DNA from: Porphyridium purpureum
Lineage: Eukaryota
Direction: 5' to 3'
DNA: 64,000 nucleotides
NCBI GenBank assembly: GCA_008690995.1
Contig: VRMN01000015.1
Coordinates: 1 to 64,000 of the forward strand
Position numbers and translations under genes: made by a program. The notes beneath the pieces are model-generated. The model made no database searches. It was not told the DNA's origin and saw only the letters and a program-made list of their open reading frames with translations. Positions 24,388 through 36,943 of this stretch are shown here, in pieces (the stretch's first letter is position 1; every line of letters begins with the position of its first letter).

Positions 24388-26290
24388 TCAAAGTGTTGGC
24401 CCTTGAAATAGTAATCGTTCGACTTCATGGTCTAAAGCATGTAAATCGCTCTGACAGACGACGCTCGTCCTTGCCGTTACATCCTTTGATGTTGTAACCG
24501 CACTCTTCACTGCGCCCCCATCAGAGCTAGCTTTATCGTACCAAGGGTACCGCGCAATGTTTTGGTCCTCAAGCCCCAAGAAAGTCAGCATTCTGGCGAC
24601 TTTGTGCGGCCCGAAGGATTTTATGAACAAGTTCGCCAGGTTCTGTCTGCCGCTTACCCAGTCAAAATGCATAAGTCCTTTCTCTGCCAGGCCGTTAAGC
24701 CATGCAATGGAAACTCGCTGTGATCTGCGAATGTGTGCGAGCTTCGCCGAATTCCCCTCTTCACGGCGCGCAAAGCGGCCTGACTGTCGCTGAAAACATG
24801 GATGCTCACTGCCTTTCCCGGGAAACCGCATAGGGCTTCAAGTGTGAAAGGACCTTTACATGGGTATACAGGGCGACGATATCCGCGTTCGCCAATGACG
24901 TTGCAACGACCTTTCGCTCTTGCGAGGCCCAGTTCAGGATGTACCGTTGCCCTTGCACCTCGAAAAAGGCTGAGACTCCTGTTCTGCTCTTGACTCGGGC
25001 GCCCTCGTCGCCGGCCAAGTCAGAATCTACAAAAATCAAGATCTGAATAGCTCTGGGACCTTTTGGATCTTCTGGCATCCGATAACAGATAATGCTCCGC
25101 GCGTGAGCTTTTAAGTACTTCAAGGTTTTTTCGAAAAGCGTTTTAACCCCTACGGACGATCTATCGATGCAGCGAGCCACACGTACGACCGCGCCAACCA
25201 GATCACGCCTATCTGTTCGCGTCATCCACAGCAGTGTGCCGATTTGTGCCCGCTCGTGCCCCGAAATAAAAATGGTCTCTAGCTCGGACGGTTCAATTTT
25301 CGTGTCTGGAGACCTAGGCACATGTACAGAGCCTGGCCCCGTTCTGTTTACTGATTCCAAACGGAAGCATATGAGGTACTCGGCGTACGCTGTATAATCA
25401 ACACATGTGTGTGTCTGCTCCCACCCAAACTTGATCCCAAGAGAAGATATCGCTTTTTGTTGAGTCAGCCGCTCCGACGTATTATTTAAAGTGAACGTTT
25501 CATGCATTTCGATTTTGACTCTCTCAATCTTCGCGGTGGGTCCTACAATGAGATAATCGTCCACATATGCCACCAACATATACTCGCTACGCCAGAATAC
25601 TGAAGGTGCCGTTTCTCGCCACCCGCGCTCGCATAGTCTTTTCGCTGCCTCACGCAAAACATCGGTTCCTGAACTCGGTAGACCGTATATTGCTTTCTTC
25701 AGTGGATACACTCCAGACGTTCTACTCGTAGCCTCCTGTGGCAGTTGAATGAGTGCTGGGCTACCTCGCAATCCAGCTCCAAGTTCGCAGACGTCATGTC
25801 CATCTTTGTCACCTCAAATTCTTTCACCGCAGCCCATACCACTGCCATCCGGATGGCCGCCTGGCTGGAGGGGTTCGCGCATGGAAGTTCTTGCCCAACA
25901 GGAACGCGCAATGCTTCACGAAGACTTTGTTCTAGGTGTTACAAAGCGCGCCTTCGGCACCGCGTCTGTCTCCAACTCTTTGTGTTTAACAGTGTGGATA
26001 AATTGGAAGCGAACCAAGCTCATGTTTGGAATTTTTCGACCATCAATCAAAGATATCGGTGCGCTCTCTCAAGCGCCGAACCGCAGAATACGGTTTATCT
26101 CCTCACGGACTGGCTTGAATTGAATCTGTCTGAAGGCCTCGCTGCCCAGGATTATAGTGGTCACATTGAAATCGCTCGAGTAGCGTATAGGCAGGCAAGT
26201 GACTCTGCCGGAGCGAGTTGCGGCTTCCAACTGCGCCTGCTGCTTCTCCGATTTTTGCTGTCCCGCCCGCGCGGCCACTCCGTGACACCA
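24388..26290 (-). mobile_element. Degenerate Ty1/copia RT-RNase H region of a third old lineage
   Basis: PKARFV, MDMTSANL, LKKAIYGLPSSG, VAYVDDYL, FVDSDLAGD..KSRTG, WASQERKVVATS, VSGRQNLANLFIK. Interrupted at about 26291 by unrelated sequence. Confidence 0.85.
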
Positions 26291-26317
26291 AAGGGGCGAA
26301 AAACTGACCGAAAACCC

Positions 26318-26482
26318 AAACGAAAGACGAAACGAAAGACGAAACGAAAGACGAAACGAAAGACGAAACGAAAGACGAAACGAAAGACGAAACGAAAGAC
26401 GAAACGAAAGACGAAACAAAAGACGAAACAAAAGACGAAACCAAAAACGAAACCAAAAACGAAACGAAAAACGAAACGAAAA
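26318..26482 (+). repeat. 12-bp tandem array (AAACGAAAGACG)n, about 13-14 copies, degenerating 3'
   Basis: Seen directly in the sequence. Confidence 0.95.
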
Positions 26483-26564
26483 AATGAAATTGATGTAAAT
26501 ATGTGAAGTATAGTTCTTTGCTGTGCCTCTCTCGCAGCGTCCCGAAGACTGTCATACTGAAGCG

Positions 26565-26675
26565 TCGAAAAACTAATCGAAAAACTAATCGAAAAACTAA
26601 TCGAAAAACTAATCGAAAAACTAATCGAAAAACTAATCGAAAAACTAATCGAAAAACTAATCGAAAAACTGATCG
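26565..26675 (+). repeat. 12-bp tandem array (TCGAAAAACTAA)n, about 9 copies
   Basis: Seen directly in the sequence; unit related to the upstream array. Confidence 0.95.
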
Positions 26676-26941
26676 GGAAACTGCAAGTACAGTAGACCTT
26701 GGGTGCGTACATCGTTTGTTAGTCTACATAGAAGTGCAAAATCAAGTACCCGAAAAACAAGACGACAAACCGTGTTATGCCGTCTGCAACTTTGAACTTT
26801 GCGAGATTGGTGGTAGCATATAGCTTTAATCATGCAAAGATGAGACTTCATTGGATTCCGACCTTTAATTTTATTCTTTCCCGCCTTCGAATGAGCTTGG
26901 GTTTAAAGGTAGTATCATCGGCTGTTCTTCATGCGGGTATC

Positions 26942-28190
26942 TTAGAATGCTGTCACTCGTCCGGTTTTTGTCGCTGTGTCTAACACTCTTACTGAAATAT
27001 TACTGAGTCGGTGATGATGAAACACCGGATCTAGGCGCTTGCATTTGCATTTGCACTCCGACTTTTCGATTTCTCCATCGTGCGCCTCTAAATCTTGTAT
27101 CACCACCACGTCAAAGGATTCGTCGTAAGGTCCCTGTAATTTGATCCGGACAATTAGGATGCATTTTCCATATCCGCGGCGTTCAGGGTGACCAGTTTGT
27201 AGTGCGTATTCGAGAATGTCCCATCTCGGAGAACGATAGTGATTCGGATGTGCAACAATGCATTCGGCTTCGTCGCGAGGCTTTTTCAGTTCAACTTGTC
27301 TGAAATCTTGGAAGGTTGCAGTACCATCATTCACAGCCGTTTGGAGTTTCTTGGATGCATACGTCTTCAAAGCCGTATCCGTGTGCAACCAGAGCATGTT
27401 CGCTTCTTCGTCATCAGCGGATTCGAATGATATAGAAGGGTTCCACGATGTTGGTCGCCATGAAGGGGCATCCTCAAATCCGGATTCGCTGCTGTACCTC
27501 AGAGTAGTGCACGCGTTCTGCCAGATTCCGAAAAGGATCGATGAACAGTTCACAGAAGACGAGCGGTGCCGGTACCCCGCTTTAGCGGCATCCGTTTCTC
27601 GTGTATGTGTGTATGCTTTATCGGATACTTGTTCGTGGGGGTATGCAATTGCATTCGGATCCTTGTTCTTTGCAAGTCTATCAAACCAGTACGAAGAAGA
27701 AGATCCGTTTTCGAATACCTCTGCGCGCTGCAGCATGACATTATGTGGGATATTTGTATCTGCGCAGACCAGTAATTTGAACCACGCCTTGTCGACTTGA
27801 AACGATTTCTCTCCATCCGTAGTGTCCCAAATCTTTATCGGTCCCAGATCCGCCACATTGTCGCCGAAGTCAGACAGTGCATGTATTTTCGGAGATTTCC
27901 AATGTAGATTGGTCTGCCGTTTGTATGAATCGAGTCGGGATTGCAAGTCGGATGCGAGCCTTAGGATGAGTTCAAGCCATGGTTGACGCAGCTTTTCTTT
28001 GTATAGTACGCCATACAGTCGCAGACATCTGGTTGCAAGTTTGGTGAAGGTTTCACGTGTAAGATCCGAGAAAAAGTGCTCCTAGTGCAAAAAACAATCA
28101 TTCGGAGTAGAGAGCCCAGCGAATATGATTGTTCTGCGAATTTGGGTAAGTCGGATAAAAACGAAGATGTGCGTATCGGAGTGTATAACA
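26942..28190 (-). pseudogene. C-terminal half of a Plavaka/CACTA-like DDE transposase
   Basis: The frame is open from about 28081: HWKSPKIHALSDFGDNVADLGPIKIWDTTDGEKSF matches the PK.H.L....I...G......T...E motif; distal CIVAHPNHYRSPRWDILEY..GYGKCILIVRI..DVVVIQDL resembles the Plavaka C-terminal domain. N-terminal part missing. Confidence 0.65.
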
Positions 28191-28263
28191 CGGAAGTAAT
28201 GAAACCAGTGGAGTTGCGACGCGGATTTGGTGGTACAAATCACTTCGAATCTCTAGCCTTCGA

Positions 28264-29990
28264 ATGGTATGCGGCGATTTGCACAATCCAAGGTGCACTT
28301 GCCTGTATAACATACAGGCCATGTCACAACATGCATTCGGCTTCAATAGGAAAGAAACGTGTTCTCGATACGGATGTTCATGCGACGACTTCTTTTACAA
28401 AGATGAGTATACGAATCCAATAGGCAGCGAGGAGCGCACTCCGGTGAATCCTCTTCAGGACATACTGCGTGGCATCCGATACGCAAATTGATTCTTGCCA
28501 TGTCTGAAAAAAACGATGGGGGATGAGCATACGCAACGATGCATGGAGGCAGCCTATGAAAATGCGTATTACAAGCGGTCGATGGATACCAAGCTTAAAA
28601 CCCGTCGGAATCATGAGACGCGGCAAGTGTTGCTTGCTGAAACAAAAGACATCGATATTTTCTCGTGTGACCTGGTGCTCAGACAATATTCGGATACCTG
28701 CACGACCTTCTTGCAGGAAGTGGATACAATCAATGGTTATCCGACTGGCTCATACCTATCGAGCGTGCATACGCTTACTGATTTCCATGAGATTTGTGCT
28801 CTTGGCCGTCGTTCCATGTGCGAGTAGAAAGTGTGGTTGAATGGAAGAGGCAATGGCCTGTATTCGATGTAACGCGTCATCAAGCATATCAGGACAAACA
28901 CGGAAGGAGCTTCCAAATGGACCAGTATGATCGATTCAGCGAAGTCAATGGGCGAATATGGAAAGCACGCTATATTATCGCAGGGCATTGCTTTGCTGCT
29001 CAAATTCGTATCACGTGGCAGATCGTGGATCAGTTTCAAAGCCGAAATGTCTTCAAGGACGACGAAGAGCATGATCCGACAATGAATGAGATCATCGAAT
29101 ACTTTGTTCGTGCAGTTCCAGCGATTATCAATTTCACGCCGGATCTGATTCATCGGGCCGAGAATCCGGTGGACGATGAGGCGGAAGACACATACAGGGC
29201 GAGTTCACGTCGCCGTCGAACGACGGCAAAACCGTGGGAAATGCCACCACGCGTATGGCTCTCGCCCGGACATATTGATGCGATCGCTGGGACAATGCAT
29301 ACGGATTCTTATACGGCTGCTGTATTCGCAAATATTTCAGAAGTATTGATGTGGTTGAATCCGACGCCACATTTCTTGCATTCGTGGCAGATCCCCGTCG
29401 AGCCCAAGAATCTGAGCAACAATGCCTTTCACCAACGTATGAGAGACCCTGATATTGAAGCTATGTCCGAGTACGCTGACCACGAACACGTGCGCACGAT
29501 ATCGCATGAACGGATCAAGCTTCTAATTCTCTTCGAACCGGATGGATTGGATTCGCGAGGAACAACGACATGGTCGTGAATGCGGCGCAAGGGGGAAGAG
29601 AGGTCGATGCGGATCGGTCATATGAATTGCAAGCTCAGAACGGATCTTACCAGCAAGTATTTCGAATGGACCGAAAAGTACAAGAAGCATTTTGTCAGAT
29701 ACAAACGCCGCATCCTCCAGATCATCCGTGAAGAGCTCGAGCCGGGCACGCGCTGTAGCAGGTCGAATTATATATTGAACAAGATAATCCAGGATTGTCT
29801 TTTTGACTCTGTCATCCGGAAGCTTTGACGCGTCTATGCTTGCCCACGACGAATGCGTTGACGAGTGGAATGCAGCGGCGGAATCGTATAAGCAGGCGAA
29901 TACTCCAGCTGAAGATGTGGCGATACTGAACAAAGACTCGCACTCGATCGGGTGAAATGATCCGATATGGGCATACATTTTAATGTGAAA
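28264..29990 (+). pseudogene. Decayed long ORF of unknown function inside the putative DNA transposon
   Basis: Consecutive protein-like segments 28264-28491, 28495-28827, 28794-29579 and 29580-29828 are separated only by single stops or one frameshift. Confidence 0.45.
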
Positions 29991-29995
29991 TAGAC

Positions 29996-30910
29996 CTAGA
30001 TCTCGTCTAAAATGTTTCGTTGAAGGCTACCTTTCCAGCGGATCAATGTATCGTGCGCGCATTTACAGTCAGTCGCAAAGTCATGCAAGCTTCGTCCACG
30101 CTTGCGAAGGCATCCTTGTGTACATGCACGAGAGCATGCTACAGGAGGATCCGTGTCGAGCTCATCGAACCTATACACATGACAGAAACGAAGACAGGCA
30201 GAGCCGTATGTCGAATCATAGCATTCGAAAACCCCGCGGATCTTTTCCTTTCTCACCCACGAAACATTTGCCCACGGATACCGACGGTTCCCCGTGACAT
30301 TCCACTAAACCAGAATGTGCGACTAGAGATTAGACCAGACAGCAGATGCATCCCGATGAGGATGGAACTTCAAAAGATCGCTCGTCAACGCGTGTCCTTG
30401 GAAATGAACATACACTCAATTTGTACACTGGACCTTGCTCTTTTGTCCTACACCGACTGCAGGATGTTCCAACAAAACATGTTCAGGAATCGGATACAGC
30501 AAATCATCTATGCGTTCAACCTTCGCAGGCCATCCATCCGAATGTTGCACTGGCCAATATACCATGACCAATTCGGGAACCATATGCGAATTCTGGCACG
30601 CCATATAACGGCAATTGATCCGCGACAGAAACTCGGATAAATTGCGCTGTGCATTGATCATGGACGTGCGCATCCAGATAACGTCCGTATTGAAGCCTGC
30701 ACCTTGTATGTTTTCACCACTTCTTGGTTCCCGCACAGCAATCGGATCCAGGATACGATCTCGTTCGCGTTCGCGGAGCATTCGGATTATCTCGTCGATA
30801 TCCCGCCGCAGACTTTGAATTTCCTTTTCCACGCTCATGAGCTTGGACTCGGTGATCATCGAATAAAGGGCGTATTCTCGTGCCTTCAATTCGGTAGAAT
30901 TCTGAGCCAT
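29996..30910 (-). pseudogene. Coiled-coil plus PWWP-like ORF, frameshifted (transposon passenger)
   Basis: MAQNSTELK..VEKEIQSLRRDIDEIIRML (coiled coil) then ELVMVYWPVQHSDGWPAKVERI, similar to the PWWP core (lVw......WPa.V). Confidence 0.45.
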
Positions 30911-31859
30911 GATATTCGAACTAAGCGAGTTGCGTTCGCAGTGGATCGACTTTCTCACTTTTCGACATTGCTGTGCTTCGGAGCACCCTTTACCGACAAT
31001 AAAACGAGGCATGCATTCTCAAGAAAAAATGCTGCTTGGTGTGAGTGCGAGAGAGATGTGAGTGTGTCCGGCGGGTGGTGTCGGAAGACCACGAAAAAAA
31101 AAGGGTCAGTCAGGAGTCGGCTGGGCAGCGGCAACACATTTGGAGCTGTGCTGTAACATGCATGCAACGCATTCGTGTCGGTTATCCGCGCACTGGCTTT
31201 CATCTTCCTGATTTCTTGCCGGTTCGGTTAATTTAATACTCATTCGAAACGCGACTCGGGAACTGCCGTGGGTTTGTTCTTGTTATCTTTTAATTTTTGT
31301 ACGCAGCTACCTTGGAAGGGCCAATGAGATCACGTGCACCCCCGTGCACTTTGAACTGACCAGATAGGCCCAATGAATGAGAGACTCGGTGGCTCACAAC
31401 AACAGCCTTTTCCACGACAAAACTGGAGAGTCTCTACCTATAAGCTGGGTCCTAAATCGATCGCAGCTTCCGTGCTGCCTCGCATTTCTACCACGCCGTC
31501 AGATCAGAGACCGTCACAGCCGCCGTGGTCTCAGATGCCGCCTGACTACCGCCTTCGGTCCTGAATTCGTCCACATGACCGTGTGCGACGCCCAACGTGA
31601 CGGTCGCATGCTTCCAAACCTTGCCACTTCCGCCAATCCCGCTTCCCAATGTCGCACTGCCGTGACGTGCTTACGCTGTACACCCATACGCCTGTTAAGA
31701 TGGGTGGAGCGTGGCGGTTAGCGGTTAAGTTGTAGGCGTTAAGGCGTTACGCTTATAACTGATAAGGGACGTGACTTGAGATGGGAAACTTTTGGCTGCG
31801 ATTATCGGCCGGCGGTAGGAGCGTGAGAGAAAGGATCCGTTGGGTTACAAGCCGCGCGC

Positions 31860-32560
31860 GAAGCTCGGCGCATAGCGCGACCATGGTGGTCTTCGGCAGG
31901 GAGCGCGATTTGGAAAAGTTATACGTTTAGAACTTGATAAACTTGGTCGTTCGATTGGAGGTTGTCCATCAGTGGAGCGAGGCTTCCGACCAACGTCAGT
32001 AGAGAGATACGTCCTCCTCGATGGCCACCGGAGTGGTGCGGCGATCGAGCTCACGCGTACGCGCTGTCCGTGGGCGCGTGAAGGGTGTGGCAGTGCCGCA
32101 GTAACCAACAAACACAGCTTTATCGGTAGTCGACGAGCACGCTCCAAGAAAACACTCCTTGCCCGAAAGAGCGGGCGAGTGAGACCGTCCGCGCTCTCCG
32201 GCCGCTTATCATCGCGGCGCGGTCCTCTATCCAAAATGTACACAACCACCAGGTGTACACCTAATATGCGCTACAATGTGGTGCTTCGCTCTCGGCTGGG
32301 GTGATGTAAGCACAAGAGATTTCTAGTAGCAAACACCATTTATACCCACAGGGACTAAAAGTATAATTTCACTCCTTCCAAACCGCAACTACGGACTCCT
32401 CTCTCTCGCAGAGCGACGACTTTTGTCGCCCTTCTTTTATACTGCGACTGACGCACCTCCGGGAGCGCACGAGGGCGCCTGGCGGCCACTCCCAGCGAGT
32501 CGTTTAACGTCTCATTGCTAACGCCATCAATGGCATCCACGGACCAGTGTCCGCAGTCCA
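31860..32560 (-). mobile_element. Possible copia integrase C-terminal remnant (may continue the 24388-26290 element)
   Basis: Minus-strand frames give SFGQGVF and, after a frameshift, DKAVFVGY, like the copia FG...F...gvFvGY region; highly decayed. Confidence 0.3.
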
Positions 32561-35403
32561 TGCCTTCCCACCTCAGTACAGCAAATGTGTACAGTGATCC
32601 GCCACATTACTCCACATACAGCCAGTGACAGTCGATTAGAAACACCCGCTGTTTTGCAAATTTTCTACGAAAATAGGTAATTTTAGGATAAAATTGAAGG
32701 TCGACCTTTCGGTGACCGTACGAGCGTCCAAACGATTAAAAGCAGTGCAGTCAAACACACATTCCAGGGGTCATAGTGCATGGACAAGAGCGCGCGGCGC
32801 GGTTTCATCAGGAGCACAGCAATGCCTTTCAGTGGACAAGAGCCCAGCATGATTGGTGGCGTGGTTACGGAGGAATGCATGATGCGGGTGATCACGAACT
32901 GATCATTAAGATTTTGCTCCGTTGCATTAGTACAAAAGTATTTGAATAGCCTCAAAACGTAAAGCAAACGGAGACCCGATAAGAATGACGCAAGAATAAA
33001 ATGCAAACCGCACCCAAAGCTTGAAAATGTCCCAAAGCAAGGCCTTCTTTTGCTGCGTTTTTGGTGCGCACAGAACTCAAATCAGCATGTGCCGAGCCAA
33101 TTTCAGCGCAACGCGCCAGACTTGGAACCAGAAAGAAGCGCACGTACTAGACAAAAAAAGTCATACCAGCTTTGGAGAACTGTCATGGACACACGCGAAA
33201 TGAATGAGTTGTTTTTACTGCTGAAAACAGAGAAAACTTGCAAGTGTTATTTACGGACCTAAAAGGCTCGAATTGGAGGGTCCTGATGACATCCTCTTCT
33301 CTTAGGGAGGGCCAGAGCTTACCCCAGTCAACCATTTCATCTGTACGTTTGGTGCACACAGCTTGACAACTTGGGAGTGCCAACCGCACCCGAAAATTTA
33401 GACTTCTCCTTCGCATGCGACTATCGTATCCCTGTTGAGAGGAGCGCAAGAAACGTGAACATGTTGGACAGACTTCGGGTGAATGTGAGAGCCGTAAAAA
33501 AGCTCAGTTGCTTCATATTTATGTTGCTCTATGTAGCTTGCCCCAGGACCGAGCAAACCTGGTACCGATTGAAAAGCAAATATGTGGAGGCTAGAGATAG
33601 CCCTGCGCTCCCGCGAGACTTGGATTCAATTGACCATGTTCGGGGACATGTAACAGGCCACGTTTACGGTGAATTCCAACAGTTTTATGGCGTGAAAGAG
33701 CTGCGAAAGGCGGATTAGGACGCAGGGCGAAAATGGAGGGCTCCTGCGTCACAGGCTCGCGTGACAGTGTGTCAAAGAGACTCGCTGGAAAGGTCTTGGG
33801 CCAAGGAAGGACGTGGCGCTTTCAGAACTCGCTTTTACTTTTCACTGCTGCGGTAAACTCTCTGAACTTGCTCTGTTTTTAGTCGTTTGTCACTTTCCCT
33901 TCGCGCGTAAAATCTCCACTTCAACGAGTTTATACTAAATTTACCATGTTTTGTTATAAAAAGTAACGACCAGCCGGTGTTTTTAATTGATTGTCACTGG
34001 CTGTACCTGAAGGTACAGTTTCACGGAGGTTCACTAGCCTTGTCCAGTGGGCGGACAAGGGCAAAAACCTCACTTTACTTCCACAGCTATGGCAGAATCT
34101 TTCGAGCCAGAATGAGCTGAAGGTTTCTGTCCGATACACCACGTAGGAGCATGGCAACGTGCTCATTCTGATGTGAGGAGGTGAAGCGCTTGATGTTATT
34201 CTACAAGCGTAGCCACGCAATGGACACCCACGCAATGGACACCCACGCAGTGGCTCCCGGTGCGGGAATCAAAGTTGCTCTTGGCAATACTCATAAACTC
34301 TTTTTTTGCTATCCACTGCTACCGTCCCTTCTCCAGTCGCTCGTCCGAGCCCGCGAAAACAGGGGCTTAGGTAAACGTAGGCGGTCTACTGCGACTAGTG
34401 ACATCTTCGGTGCGAGTGAATCTTGCAGTTGTAACAGTTTCGACTGCCCGGGTCACTCGCGTCACCTCGACCTTTCCCAGCACACCAAGACAGTGGCCCT
34501 AGTCAGCGCTGGCTCACACTTTTCCTCGCTTCTCGTTTCATGCGTAATTCTGAGCTCATGGTATCCAACTTTTCTTGACGCCGCGCATTGAGCTGTGATC
34601 CATGTGCAAGAATATCAGATAGATAGTCCATGGTCTCGATGACATGTCAGTGCGTCTGAAAGCGACTACATATGAGAATACTTAAGAGTCTCAGCAACGC
34701 ATGCACTCTTCATGATGCAGCAAACGACTAGAACGATCAAATCAAATAGATTCCGTTCTCTAGCGTGTATAGCCATATCGACACGCCACCGTGATCATGA
34801 GATTTTAGCTAGCTTCATGGAGGCATACAACATTACCACGTTCGGCCTCCAAAAAGAACAAATCACATTATGTTCGCCCTCAATTGGAAACCTGAGCGAA
34901 AGCATCCTTTTCTCGCCGCGTATGTGGCGGCCACCAGGCCGTAGCCTGTCAGTGCTATCATGTGCACTTCAGCGTCTCGCTCATTAAGTACTGAAAACAT
35001 TCACTGCCGGTGTCGTGCGAGCTGACTGTCCGACTGATGCATTTTCATGGCGAGCTGCGCGGCGAAACTATGCCGGATGCCGGGCTGAAGTCTGTGCCGC
35101 GACGCGCCTCATCACGGCGCATCTGAAGCATCAGTCGCTACGGCGAGATCTCAACTGTCAACGTTGTCTGCGCCGTGTGAGCCGCCAGCGACGTGACTGA
35201 CGCCTGGAACGTACCAATCATTCGACCCGCAGCACACGTTCCGCGCAAGCTGATCACCATCACAACTGTACCTTTGACACGTGATGGGTACTGTAAACTT
35301 ATAGCTGTACTAGTTTGGTACAGTGCACTTCGGGTGAGATGCGCCACTGCGGCGACGGCAGCGCAGCGTCTGCGTCGAGTGCGGCGACACGGTTGGCTCA
35401 GAG

Positions 35404-36204
35404 ATGGCCTTTGCATTCCTTCCGGTAGGTGCGCACGCGCTGCGAAACGCGGCGCCGCGTCAATCGAAAGACGCCCGAGTCTGTGTCGAGCACAGCCTTG
35501 GCGAGCGAGTCTACACCGCGCGAGCTCATCGTGTGCCTCCGACGACGCGCTTCGATGGCACGAGGAGCAGACTTCGCTGCCAGAATGTGAATGCGGAGGT
35601 GGGTGAGGAATCAGTCGAGCACGCGGGCAGCGAGGAAAGCGTGCCTGCGCAGCCCCCTTTCTCTGCGCGTGGAATGGGAGTCGAGGAATTCTTCCAGCGC
35701 TCCATCGGCGAATGGCGCTCGCAACGCAGCAGCCATAATCTGCTGTGGCAGCAGTTTGAGCAGGTTGAGTCTGAAATCGTCATTGAAAATGTTACCGCGG
35801 AGGATGAGGAGGTCAAAGGTGTATGCGAGCAGTACAAAGCGGACGCGGACTCCATTGCTCTTGCGATTCGCATGAGCTGGGAAGGCACGTCAGATTGGGA
35901 TGAGGACGAAGTACTCAAAGGATCCACCGTGCTTGTAGTTCTGAAGGACTCTGAAACTAGCGGCCGACTGTTGCGCAGCGTAGGCTATGCGGAAGAGATT
36001 CCGGCAGTCGGGCAGTGGCGTATGGAGACGGATGGCGTGTTCGTGCTGGACACCTCGTACGACCGGGCCGGCGCGGAAGAGCGAATTTGGTTCGCGACGC
36101 CAGACCTGCGCATGCGCGTATCTATGATCAAGACAGCTGGAAATACGGGAGTTTTGACAGCGTCTTTTTCAAGTGAGATTCGACGGCGCGGTGCTGGCAA
36201 GTAG
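35404..36204 (+). CDS. cpcS: Plastid-targeted S/U-type phycobiliprotein lyase (CpcS/CpeS family)
   Basis: MAFAF transit peptide, then EFFQRSIGEWRSQRSSHNL..SEIVIE..MSWEG..GRLLRSVGYAE..EERIWFATPDLRMRVS..TASFSSEIRR. Confidence 0.93.
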   Translation: MAFAFLPVGAHALRNAAPRQSKDARVCVEHSLGERVYTARAHRVPPTTRFDGTRSRLRCQNVNAEVGEESVEHAGSEESVPAQPPFSARGMGVEEFFQRSIGEWRSQRSSHNLLWQQFEQVESEIVIENVTAEDEEVKGVCEQYKADADSIALAIRMSWEGTSDWDEDEVLKGSTVLVVLKDSETSGRLLRSVGYAEEIPAVGQWRMETDGVFVLDTSYDRAGAEERIWFATPDLRMRVSMIKTAGNTGVLTASFSSEIRRRGAGK

Positions 36205-36310
36205 GCCGGACAGCGGGACCGGGCCGGATATCGAGCAGGCGTGACGTGGGCATGTGCTACGCGCACTGTCCGGTCAGAGTCCAGCGTTATTAAGCACTTC
36301 CCTCGCAGGC

Positions 36311-36568
36311 TGCGCTTGCAGTGCGCTTGCAGTGCGCTTGCAGTGCGCTTGCAGTGCGCTTGCAGTGCGCTTGCAGTGCGCTTGCAGTGCGCTTGCAGTG
36401 CGCTTGCAGTGCGCGTGCAGTGCGCTTGCAGTGCGCTTGCAGTGCGCTTGCAGTGCGCTTGCAGTGCGCTTGCAGTGCGCTTGCAGTGCGCTTGCAGTGC
36501 GCTTGCAGTGCGCTTGCAGTGCGCTTGCAGTGCGCTTGCAGTGCGCTTGCAGTGCGCTTGCAGTGCGC
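36311..36568 (+). repeat. 11-bp minisatellite (TGCGCTTGCAG)n, about 23 copies
   Basis: Seen directly; almost perfect, with one internal T>G variant near 36415. Confidence 0.97.
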
Positions 36569-36943
36569 GTTACAGCGTGGCTCACATGACCGGCACTTAG
36601 CAGATAGGATGCCGAAACGGCATGGCCGGTGCGCCAGCAGCTACGCACCGGGCATGAGAAGACTTGGCGTGATCGGATGGCAATAAAGAGTCGAGCAGGG
36701 CATCAGGCGATCGGCGAGCCACGCCCGGCGGTACAGCGCGAGCTCAGGGATCGTGCGCGTAGTAAGGTACAGCACTTCGACCGTGATTTCAAATTTTCAA
36801 ATCTCAGTCATGAGCTGCCGGGAAGCGCCCGGCGGCAAGAGCAGGTCGGCGTGGGCTTCTAGGAACGGACGTCGAGCGGTCCGCGCAGCCGAGCAGCCAG
36901 ACTAGACCCGGTGCCTGTATGCGTTCGTTTGTCCTGCCGTGGT

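Noticed and set aside
26318..26675. Repeat arrays as CRISPR or telomere repeats; ORFs with (KRKT)n, (FRLS)n, (NRKT)n
   Set aside because: Contiguous 12-mers with no spacers and an internal position; the ORFs are by-products of the repeat.
31693..31849. 157-bp TG...CA segment resembling a solo LTR
   Set aside because: Flanks acgcc / agccg are not a TSD and there is no second copy in the window.
34214..34254. 15-bp tandem ccacgcaatggacac x2.5
   Set aside because: Short slippage duplication in decayed DNA with no further structure.
36241..36686. ORFs encoding (LQCACSALAVR)n
   Set aside because: Stop-free frames arise from the 11-bp minisatellite; no evidence of a real gene.
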